40,319 nucleotides of DNA from Candidatus Heimdallarchaeota archaeon AB_125 (GCA_001940755.1 MEHH01000001.1:1-40319); one strand, 5' to 3'. Counted from the first letter of the stretch, positions 25,686-35,826 are shown. Notes: a model not told the origin generated them from the letters alone. Program-made: numbers and translations.

Positions 25686-27401
25686 CTACAAAATGATGAG
25701 ATTTGTCCCCCTTGATGCTTTTACTATGAAATATATGAATAGAGAATCAACTAATAGAATAAGGCTAATACCGATCAGACCAAAGAAAATTTGATAGACT
25801 GATATTATCAAAAAAACAGCAAATATCGATAAGTACAAGGTTGTTATTATTAGAGAAAAAACAACAATAGAAGTAATATTAATTGAAGCTAGAATTGATT
25901 TAACTCTGTTCTTTGAGGAGGCATACCAAGATACGCTTACCCCTAAAGCTATTATTACGTTTAATAGAAAAATAGTGTTCCCCAGAAATTGTAAAGTATT
26001 ATCAATTGTAACGAAAACGACTACGAAGATGATGATTATTCCTATACTTATAATTCTAGCAAATCCAACTGAAAGATTCATGTATAATGGCTGCGATGAT
26101 GACCCCATTTTTTCAAATAAGGTTGGTGTATCAGAACCACATGCCCAACAATTTCTACTAAAAGCTGGAATAACTTGGTTGCAGTTTTCACATTGAAGTT
26201 TAGGAAAAGACCAACAATTACCACAAAATTCTCCATTGTAAAAAGGGTATTGACATTCCGGACATCTAAGCATTTCTGTTGAATTTTCAAAAAGTCTATT
26301 AATTCGTTTCTTCTTTCGAATTTTTTGCTTATATTTATCAAAATTTTTCTCTGTTTTCCCGCAGTTCTTAGTTCTGTGTTCACTGTAACATGAAGGACAT
26401 AATCTCGGGACCTTTAATAAAATCCACAAAGCAAAGAATCCAAAAGCAGCATAAGAGATATATCCCATTATTTGAAGCTGGGATAAAATGAACTTCTCAC
26501 TAAAAACCTGGAAATTATAATTCCAGTATGCATGAAATCCTACAGATGCAAACAAAGTTAGAACAAGGAATATTCTGGGTACAATCTTCCTCTTATCTTT
26601 TCTAGATATAAAGACATAACCTATACCAAAAGCAAGTATCATTGAAGTTATCGTATGTAGAGGAAATATTGATCTCGAATTAATCAGCACATCTATTATT
26701 TCTTGATTAGTTAGAGCAGATGCAAGATATCCTTCAGGAGGATTGCTTAAAATTGAGAAAGATAAGAATTGTTCAAATAAATCAAAAGTAGCTCCATAAA
26801 ACCCTCCTAGTAATATAAATGTTCGATGAGTAGGAATCAAATTGGTTATTATGTTCTTCTTCTTATTATTAATTCTTACAAAATTTCCGAGTAAAATAAG
26901 AAGTGGAAATATTTTAGCAATTTCCTCAATAATTGGAATTATTGAAACATATAGTACAGTATTAGCTGCTTGGTACGTAACTCCAGGTACACCTATTGAC
27001 GTTAAAAGATCTTTAAATGTGAAAACAAGCAGAAATGCTTTGTTCTCAATTACTGTAGCGAAGTAAGCTGTTAATGAAGCTGTAACTAATAGTAAAGGAA
27101 AAATCTTCTTAATAACCGACTTTTCAATATCTGTACCTGTCATCGAGAATAAAAAATAAAGACTTGTGACCCATACTACAAAGAACATTACTATAACAAA
27201 AATTACTATAAATGGAAAGTAATAGGATTTCAAATAGTAACTGAGAAGAGAATAAGAGAGATATAATACGCCAATTAGAACACCGATTATGATTAATTTT
27301 CCTACACTTGAGAGACTAAAGATTCTGTTGTATAATAATCTACTTGGAACCATTAAAGCTGAACTAGACTCGCTAATGCTCTCTTCTGATGTTCGTATCA
27401 T
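25686..27401 (-). CDS. PrsW-like intramembrane protease fused to a cytoplasmic double zinc ribbon and extra C-terminal TM helices; first gene of cassette 2
   Basis: 571 aa. Four PrsW/CPBP-type motifs occur in order within TM regions: IIEEIAK, GGFYGATFDLFEQ, FPLHT and FHAYWNYN. A cytoplasmic segment then carries CPSC, CPEC-x9-CGNC and CENC-x10-CWAC. Four more hydrophobic helices follow. Confidence 0.6.
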   Translation of the reverse strand: MIRTSEESISESSSALMVPSRLLYNRIFSLSSVGKLIIIGVLIGVLYLSYSLLSYYLKSYYFPFIVIFVIVMFFVVWVTSLYFLFSMTGTDIEKSVIKKIFPLLLVTASLTAYFATVIENKAFLLVFTFKDLLTSIGVPGVTYQAANTVLYVSIIPIIEEIAKIFPLLILLGNFVRINNKKKNIITNLIPTHRTFILLGGFYGATFDLFEQFLSFSILSNPPEGYLASALTNQEIIDVLINSRSIFPLHTITSMILAFGIGYVFISRKDKRKIVPRIFLVLTLFASVGFHAYWNYNFQVFSEKFILSQLQIMGYISYAAFGFFALWILLKVPRLCPSCYSEHRTKNCGKTEKNFDKYKQKIRKKKRINRLFENSTEMLRCPECQYPFYNGEFCGNCWSFPKLQCENCNQVIPAFSRNCWACGSDTPTLFEKMGSSSQPLYMNLSVGFARIISIGIIIIFVVVFVTIDNTLQFLGNTIFLLNVIIALGVSVSWYASSKNRVKSILASINITSIVVFSLIITTLYLSIFAVFLIISVYQIFFGLIGISLILLVDSLFIYFIVKASRGTNLIIL

Positions 27402-27592
27402 CTCAATTCTCCTAAAATAGTTTAGCAGATGATGGTACCTACCTGTTGAGAATGGTAGTATTAATACACTTAAATCTATTTTGGGATAAAAATCGAGAAA
27501 AAATACTAAGCTCGCTTTGAGAAAATTTAGTCAACAATAAAAGTGATTCTAAAAGGAAGGGAAAAGAAGTTAGTTTTTGTATGTTCCTTGAA

Positions 27593-27844
27593 TTATTCAA
27601 TTAAGGCAGATTCTGTTATATCTCCGATTGCTTTGAATAAACCAACGAAGAAAATCAGCAAACCAACAATTAAACCAATAAGCCATATATATGCTATGGC
27701 AGATCCGTCGATTGCAACAAATCCTAAATTAAGTATTCCATTATTTAACATAGCTGCAAATGAAAGAATAGCAACTAGTAAAGGAATTAAACCTAGAAAC
27801 AAGAACAGAATTGAAACCTTCAATGATTGTAATATGCTTACCAA
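27593..27844 (-). CDS. small hydrophobic membrane protein (about 3 TM)
   Basis: 83 aa and strongly hydrophobic (ILFLFLGLIPLLVAILSFAAM..., IWLIGLIVGLLIFFVGLF). The TTG start is preceded by GGAGG about 10 nt upstream. I prefer it over the overlapping plus-strand ORF 27543-27926, which is low-complexity. Confidence 0.5.
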   Translation of the reverse strand: MVSILQSLKVSILFLFLGLIPLLVAILSFAAMLNNGILNLGFVAIDGSAIAYIWLIGLIVGLLIFFVGLFKAIGDITESALIE

Positions 27845-27953
27845 ATGTAAAGCCTCCGGTTTTTATTTTGGGAATCTATACCTTAGGAATCTTTTAAATG
27901 TTTGTTTACTTCCCCCAGCAAATTAGATAGAGTATCTATTCAGATTGAGATAA

Positions 27954-28676
27954 CTATATTTTCTTTGTGAGCTTTTCCATCTTAGCTTTTACTTCTTGGA
28001 TTCTGCTCTGAGAGCCGGCTAATTGATAGTTTTGGAGAGCATCTGAATAATACTGTAATGCCAACTTTGGCCTTTCATCTTCTACAAAAAGAGCGTTATA
28101 AAATGCAAGATGAGCTTTTATTATTGGCTCTTCAGATCCTCTTTCTTCAATTAATTCTACTGCTTTTTTGAGATACAATTTTCTTCCTGAGATATGTTTT
28201 TCAGCTGCAGCTCTTGATATATATGATTTGGCTTTACAATCCATTTCATCTGCTTTGTTATTCAACCTCTGATAAGCCATTGCAGCTTGTTCAAAATGTG
28301 ATGCTGCATCTACAAACCTTCTTTCCTGCATTAGTTGCCTGGCTATAACTCTTAGAATTTTCGCTTGCTGTTCGAATACTCTTTGAAATTCAGTGATCAT
28401 TCCTAATCTGTGGTAAAAACCACCTGACCGACCTAAATAATTAGCTGCTTCCAATGCCTTGTTGTATTTTATTGCATCCATTCCAAGATATTCATTTCGT
28501 AATGCTTTAGCCATATCTAATTGTTTTCTATTATCTTCTTCCTTTAAGATTTCAATTGCAGTTTCAACAAATTTGGCAGCATCTTTGTAATTCTTTTGTT
28601 GAGCAGCTAACCTAGCTTTTCCTAATTCTTCATTTGCTTTTTCAGTTGAAGATTTTTTCATTCCTTTAAACAACAA
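27954..28676 (-). CDS. all-helical TPR-like repeat protein
   Basis: 240 aa. It shows repeated helical-hairpin periodicity with small and aromatic residues: KNYKDAAKFVETAIEIL, KYNKALEAANYLGRS, RRFVDAASHFEQAAMAYQRL and LALQYYSDALQNYQL. No enzymatic motif is present. Confidence 0.5.
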   Translation of the reverse strand: MLFKGMKKSSTEKANEELGKARLAAQQKNYKDAAKFVETAIEILKEEDNRKQLDMAKALRNEYLGMDAIKYNKALEAANYLGRSGGFYHRLGMITEFQRVFEQQAKILRVIARQLMQERRFVDAASHFEQAAMAYQRLNNKADEMDCKAKSYISRAAAEKHISGRKLYLKKAVELIEERGSEEPIIKAHLAFYNALFVEDERPKLALQYYSDALQNYQLAGSQSRIQEVKAKMEKLTKKI

Positions 28677-28758
28677 AGGCCACCTCTAACAGAAGGTATA
28701 CAAGCTAGTTTAAATTTATAGTGTTTTTAAATTACTGTTATTGACAATCAGCAATAAC

Positions 28759-29517
28759 TTATCTGAAAAGACGTCGATCATCCTCGAATTGAAGTTCTTC
28801 AACATTAGAAACTGGAGATCTAAACTGCATTCCCCTTACAATAACTACTGGGGTCATTTCACCTGCTTGTCCCATTACAAGTTCTGCAGCTGAACAAACT
28901 TCGTCAGCTAAAGCTATTATTGTTGAAGTAAGTTCATATCCAAAGATATCCGATCTTCCTCTAACATCATCAATTACTGGAAAATTATAAGACCCAATTG
29001 CCACATTAATTGCACCTCGTCTTAAGGCTCTTCCATGAGTATCCGAGACAATAACAGAGATGTTTTTTTTCAAATTATTAGATAGAGTCGAATAAATTTC
29101 CATTGCTGATTTGTTGGAATCATCAGGGAGAGTAACAGCACAATTTGATTGAGCATTGGATTGATCAACAGCAGAATTTGCACAAATCCACCCATGCTTA
29201 GTTTTAGTGATTATGATGTTATTTCTAACCTTAAGAATCTTTGAAGCATCATTAACAATTAATTGCACTAAAGCAGGATCCTTTCCTGTTTTTCTTGAGA
29301 TTATTTCAGCTAAAGGAGAAGGAGCAATTTCTGGTAAAAAAAATTCTTTTCCCTCAGCTCTAGAGATTATTGTATGGGCTATTACAAATACATCTCCTTC
29401 ATTTATCTCTAGTTTTTCTTCTTCAAGAGAGTCAATAATTAGAGAAGCAACATCATCTTTTAGAGCTATAATTGGTAGCTTTAAAGGAATTATCTCTACT
29501 CTTGTTATTGTTCTCAC
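28759..29517 (-). CDS. cofE: coenzyme F420-0:L-glutamate ligase CofE
   Basis: 252 aa. EGDVFVIAHTIISRAEGK and VSDTHGRALRRGAINVAIGS are characteristic CofE blocks, and the size is typical. Confidence 0.8.
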   Translation of the reverse strand: MRTITRVEIIPLKLPIIALKDDVASLIIDSLEEEKLEINEGDVFVIAHTIISRAEGKEFFLPEIAPSPLAEIISRKTGKDPALVQLIVNDASKILKVRNNIIITKTKHGWICANSAVDQSNAQSNCAVTLPDDSNKSAMEIYSTLSNNLKKNISVIVSDTHGRALRRGAINVAIGSYNFPVIDDVRGRSDIFGYELTSTIIALADEVCSAAELVMGQAGEMTPVVIVRGMQFRSPVSNVEELQFEDDRRLFR

Positions 29518-29542
29518 CTGTTGAAATAAAAGTAAAGAAGGA

Positions 29543-30601
29543 TTAATTAGTTTCGATTGGTGGTAAAGATTTAGTGGTTCTCTTTTTGACTGAAGAGAGC
29601 TTAAGAGCTGCTGCTAGAGTTTCTTCCCATTTATCTTGTTCTACTTTTTCAACATCTAGAATATTCTCTTGAAGAGCTAAATCAAATAATTCTTTTCCAG
29701 CTTGAGTACGAATTATAATTAAATTACTATCATCATCAACACCAACATTACCAATAGATATATCGGCAAATTCAGCGGAGAAATCTTTGCAATATTTGCA
29801 TCCTTCAGCTTTTGCTTCAGCACATTCTTTTATTTTTATATCTGTAGTTCCATCTGGAGCTACAAAGAAGAATTTTCCTCGAGCACAATCTGTCTTAGTT
29901 AGTTCTTCTGCATCCAAACCAAGATTTTGGGAAAGAATGTTTCTGAAATCTCTTGGATTATAACTACTCATACAAAAGAGACCAATTTTGTACTTTACTC
30001 GGTGGTCTGCTCCTAGGTTTTTCTTATCAATAACATTTGTCAAGGTATCAATATGACATGGTAATCCTACAACAGCTACTGAATCTTTATGACTTAATTT
30101 AATAGATGTGAGTTTGATAAGTAAAGGATTAAGTACATATTTTGAACGTGCAGATTTTCTTATATCAAGTTCATTTAGTGCTAAACGAGGAACAGGTCCT
30201 AAAAGATCATTAATGTGTCCTGTTACTAACGCACCATCAATATCTCCTTTTCTCATTGCATTTAAGAGTAAAGTTGTAACAATTCCTCCATTCTGTGCTC
30301 TTTCTCTAACGTCCCCATATATTGAATGACCTTTATAGATCTCCATAATTTCTCCTAAACTTGTTTCATCGTAAATAGGTTGTTCTTTTCGTTGTTTGTA
30401 TCTCAAACAAATATCTACACAAGCACCACAAGAGATACAACCTCCAACCAGTTTAGGAATAAGTTGCTCTATTGAAATCACATAAACCGGACATACAGCT
30501 TCACATCCTCCGCAAGACACACAATACCCTGGTTTGATTACTTCTCTATTCAGCATAGCAAAATTTGCTCTTCTTTTCTTCGTTGGTTGTGCTTCACTCA
30601 T
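29543..30601 (-). CDS. FrhB/FdhB/FpoF-family F420-dependent oxidoreductase subunit with N-terminal 2x[4Fe-4S] ferredoxin domain
   Basis: 352 aa. There are two CxxCxxCxxxC-type clusters (CVSCGGCEAVCP, CISCGACVDIC). AQNGGIVTTLLLNAMRKGDIDGALVTG and VAVVGLPCHI then match FrhB N- and C-domain patterns. Confidence 0.75.
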   Translation of the reverse strand: MSEAQPTKKRRANFAMLNREVIKPGYCVSCGGCEAVCPVYVISIEQLIPKLVGGCISCGACVDICLRYKQRKEQPIYDETSLGEIMEIYKGHSIYGDVRERAQNGGIVTTLLLNAMRKGDIDGALVTGHINDLLGPVPRLALNELDIRKSARSKYVLNPLLIKLTSIKLSHKDSVAVVGLPCHIDTLTNVIDKKNLGADHRVKYKIGLFCMSSYNPRDFRNILSQNLGLDAEELTKTDCARGKFFFVAPDGTTDIKIKECAEAKAEGCKYCKDFSAEFADISIGNVGVDDDSNLIIIRTQAGKELFDLALQENILDVEKVEQDKWEETLAAALKLSSVKKRTTKSLPPIETN

Positions 30602-30687
30602 TTTCAGTCAATACCAAAAAAGAACATACAAAAGCCTAACGGTAGGTGATTGTCAAAATAAATAAAATTGAGAATGAAGAAAAAAAA

Positions 30688-31821
30688 CTACAATTCTTCA
30701 ATCTCTTCTAGAATATATCTTTCGCTTCCAGTTTGCCCTCTCTGAATTTCTAGTTCTCTTTCAGAAACAATTTCTCTCTCGATTCTATCTAAAGCAACTG
30801 CAAGGGCACCAAAAACACCATAACCATCAGATCTGGAAACGTAAGTTTTTCCTTTGTTAGTAGAAATTCTTACCCTTACTTGATATAGAATCTCTCCACG
30901 AAACTTTCTCTTAGGTATTGCTTTTGCATGTATAAACAATTGACCAGATGTACCAATGATATCAGCATATTTCTTTACTACTTCAACACCCATGTCAATT
31001 ACAGGTTCCATATCAGAATCATCAACATCTCCAAGAACTCTGAAGTAATAACCTTCAGTTTCTGGTGGCATAGAGACTGTTTCAAGTAAATCGGTTGTAG
31101 TGATTATTCCTACAGGATGATTTTCTTTATCTACAACAATTAATGCTTTATGATCCGCACTATCAAGTTTAACCAGAGTTTCTATTAAGAAATCATTTTC
31201 TGTACAAGTCACCACTTCTTGGGTCATTAGCTCCTTAACGGCTGTTGAAAGCATATCTAGTTTTTTTGGTGATTTTGAGAGAATTAGATCAGTTGTATCA
31301 TGAGGACTCATTATACCTACTAACTCGTTTGATTCATTAACTACTGGAGTTCTAGAAATATTATTAGTTCTACATGTTGCAATAAATTTAGCAACAGAAG
31401 TATCAGAAGTAACAACAATAGGTTGTTTAGTCATGGCTTCTTTGACTTTTTTACTGCCAAAAATATCTTCTGAATCTCTTAGCAAGTCTATATCCCGGAT
31501 AACCCCTATAACCTTACCATTCTCAACTACTGGAACAGAAAAAATCTTTTCCGATAAGATAGCTCGAGCAATCACATCTGGAGCTGAGTCTTTTTGCACA
31601 GTTGGTACTTGTTTTATTAAGCTTGATACTTTTGCGTCTGGTTGAATCTTTGATTGATGTGTAACATATCTTTTTGTTAGATAACCAAGAAACACATCAT
31701 TTTCCTCAAAAACTAGTATTTCTCTTGTTTTCTCTTTGAACATAGATACAACTTTAGATAATGGTTTATTGCCATCAACGGAAACATACTTTGTAATAAT
31801 AGAAGAATCTTTGTCACTCAT
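30688..31821 (-). CDS. four-CBS-motif protein with C-terminal HPF/RaiA-like (ribosome-hibernation-factor-like) domain
   Basis: 377 aa. Four CBS motifs are present: ILVFEENDVFLGYLT, FSVPVVENGKVIGVIRDIDLL, SRTPVVNESNELVGIMSPHD and KALIVVDKENHPVGIITTTDLL. The C-terminal region of about 105 aa follows a beta-alpha-beta-beta-beta-alpha pattern like S30AE/HPF proteins: YYFRVLGDV...VIDMGVEVVKKYADII...LFIHAKA...ILYQVRVRISTNKGKTYVSRSDGYGVFGALAVALDRIEREI. Confidence 0.55.
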   Translation of the reverse strand: MSDKDSSIITKYVSVDGNKPLSKVVSMFKEKTREILVFEENDVFLGYLTKRYVTHQSKIQPDAKVSSLIKQVPTVQKDSAPDVIARAILSEKIFSVPVVENGKVIGVIRDIDLLRDSEDIFGSKKVKEAMTKQPIVVTSDTSVAKFIATCRTNNISRTPVVNESNELVGIMSPHDTTDLILSKSPKKLDMLSTAVKELMTQEVVTCTENDFLIETLVKLDSADHKALIVVDKENHPVGIITTTDLLETVSMPPETEGYYFRVLGDVDDSDMEPVIDMGVEVVKKYADIIGTSGQLFIHAKAIPKRKFRGEILYQVRVRISTNKGKTYVSRSDGYGVFGALAVALDRIEREIVSERELEIQRGQTGSERYILEEIEEL

Positions 31822-31892
31822 GAGAGCTAGTTTTGTCCAAAAATGATAAATCTTGTGTTTTAATACTGAGATTTAGTGCAAATTCAATGAAA

Positions 31893-32480
31893 CTAGAGAG
31901 TAAATTCCTTTCTGAATTTTAGCATTTCGTCTCCAAATTGGTGAGATAATCTACTTGCATGATGAAATATCTTATCCACATTGAAACCAGAAAGAGCTGA
32001 AGTTTCTACATAATCAAATTTATGCAATCTGGTATATTCAAGAATTGTTTCTTTTTCTAAAGATCTGGCTTCATTTAAATCAAATTTATTCCCACAGATA
32101 ATTATTGGGATATCAGGACATTTTGAAACAACTTCATTTACCCAAATTTCTAAATCATCAAACGAACTCTGATTAGTAATATCATAGACAATTACTGCGC
32201 AAGTTGCACCAGCATAGTATTTAGGGCGGAGATAGGTAAACATTTCTTGGCCGCCTGTGTCCCATAAAGAAAGTCTAATAGTTAAGGGATCACTATAGAT
32301 TTCCTTTGTTAAATTTTCATTCAGTTCTTCTGGAGATAATGTAATTGTTTTTGTAAGCCAACTCACCCCTAAAGTAGGAATATAGCTGTGAATAAAAGTG
32401 TTTAATGTAAATCTTCTAGCTAGTGATGTTTTACCAACAAATGCCGAACCAACGCATATTATTTTTTGTAACTGATTCAT
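31893..32480 (-). CDS. Ras-superfamily (Rab/Ras-like) small GTPase
   Basis: 195 aa. All five G motifs are present: G1 GSAFVGKTS, switch I YIPTLGV, G3 WDTGGQE, G4 GNKFD and G5 ETSAL. An insertion of about 15 aa precedes G3. There is no C-terminal Cys prenylation motif. The start is 4 nt after the upstream stop. Confidence 0.85.
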   Translation of the reverse strand: MNQLQKIICVGSAFVGKTSLARRFTLNTFIHSYIPTLGVSWLTKTITLSPEELNENLTKEIYSDPLTIRLSLWDTGGQEMFTYLRPKYYAGATCAVIVYDITNQSSFDDLEIWVNEVVSKCPDIPIIICGNKFDLNEARSLEKETILEYTRLHKFDYVETSALSGFNVDKIFHHASRLSHQFGDEMLKFRKEFTL

Positions 32481-32484
32481 TTTC

Positions 32485-33336
32485 TTACCTCCAAACTGTA
32501 TTTAATACATCTTGTAGTATCCCTAGACCCATCATCCTTTCCCATTCCACTTTAATTGTAGATGGTGATTTTGATGCTACAATCTGTCGCAATTCCTTTA
32601 CTCCAAGTTTATCTTCAATGATATCTACTATTTCCTTTAGCAACAGTAAAAATTCTCTTTTTATCTCAACAGTTGTTCCTCTCTGAATATCAATATCACA
32701 GAAACTGAAGCCATCATCCTCTTCTAGAGAAAATTTCTCCTTGATTAAATATGTGTTTTTCTCAAGATAATCATCTGTAGAGTTCTTGAGCTCTTGTAAA
32801 TAATCATTTGATATCTTTGATTCATTTTCAACAAGATATAATCTAATCCCTAGCCAAATTGAATTTAAGACATTTTCAAAAACTTCAATTAAATTCCTTT
32901 TGTCAATATCTTCTACATGTAAATCTAGAACATTCCATAGCATGAATGAATGTGACAATGATTCAGAAATTTCCCTTCTTTTAATTCCTTCAAGTTCCTT
33001 TAAAAATTCAGTAGCGCTTTTTTCATCTTTTATTTCAAAAGCATTTAAGAACAGTTTCATGAAAAAGAACAATTGTGATGAGATCATTTCAGTTGAGTAG
33101 TTTTGAGGGCTAAGAAGAATAAACAAGAACGAATATTTACTCATGAAGATTACTTTTGATTTGGCAAATCGCAGTACTTGTAAATCCTTTAACAAAGGTT
33201 GTTCTTCAGATTGTTTATAGAAATCTAACAAAGTTTTAACAATAGAATCTACTTCTGTTTCATCTGCTTTAACAGAAAGTGGTCTACAGAATAAGATGTC
33301 CATTTTTTCTTTGTCGATAATATAAAACCCCATCAA
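32485..33336 (-). CDS. longin/roadblock-like N-terminal domain protein with helical C-terminal region (putative GTPase partner)
   Basis: 283 aa. The first 100 aa or so read as beta-beta-alpha-beta-beta-beta-alpha by eye: MMGFYIIDKEKMDILFCRPL, VDSIVKTLLDFYKQ, LQVLRFAKSKVIFMSKYSFLFILLSP, MISSQLFFFMKLFLNAF. The rest is helical. The ORF itself is solid, but the fold call is tentative. Confidence 0.45.
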   Translation of the reverse strand: MMGFYIIDKEKMDILFCRPLSVKADETEVDSIVKTLLDFYKQSEEQPLLKDLQVLRFAKSKVIFMSKYSFLFILLSPQNYSTEMISSQLFFFMKLFLNAFEIKDEKSATEFLKELEGIKRREISESLSHSFMLWNVLDLHVEDIDKRNLIEVFENVLNSIWLGIRLYLVENESKISNDYLQELKNSTDDYLEKNTYLIKEKFSLEEDDGFSFCDIDIQRGTTVEIKREFLLLLKEIVDIIEDKLGVKELRQIVASKSPSTIKVEWERMMGLGILQDVLNTVWR

Positions 33337-33453
33337 ATTTCTAACAACCCTATGATATTAATTCTCCTACTTTATTCTTAAAAATTTGTTTAACATCATA
33401 GCTATTCAAAAGAAAGAAAATTTTATTAAAAAGAATTGAAAGAAGAGAAGTTT

Positions 33454-35649
<2,196 letters not shown>

Positions 35650-35826
35650 TCAGACTGTGGTTCTTAATTCTTATCTATTTTTTTGATTGAGTTGTAACTA
35701 TATAACGGTTTGTTTTCTTCCTAAGTTAACAATAAATTATTGATAATTTAGTATATATAGCTATAGAACATTTGCTGAAATAAAATGGAATAAAGTAAAA
35801 AGAGAAAAATGGAGTTTTTGGTTCAG

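Noticed and set aside
24413-26383. Same-strand alternative-frame ORFs 24413-24601 (62 aa) and 26078-26383 (101 aa)
   Set aside because: They are embedded out of frame in the DUF4129-anchor gene and the PrsW-like gene. The host frames carry the recognisable TM, motif and zinc-ribbon features.
5508-27401. The duplicated cassettes as a mobile element, genomic island or recent segmental duplication
   Set aside because: I saw no integrase, transposase, flanking direct or inverted repeats, or tRNA target. Composition looks the same as the flanking housekeeping genes. The paralogues are only about half identical at the protein level, so the DNA is not repeated.
27543-27926. Plus-strand 127-aa ORF overlapping the small membrane protein gene
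   Set aside because: The sequence is low-complexity and Lys/Ile/Pro-rich. The minus-strand frame (27593-27844) gives a coherent three-helix hydrophobic protein with a GGAGG upstream of its start.
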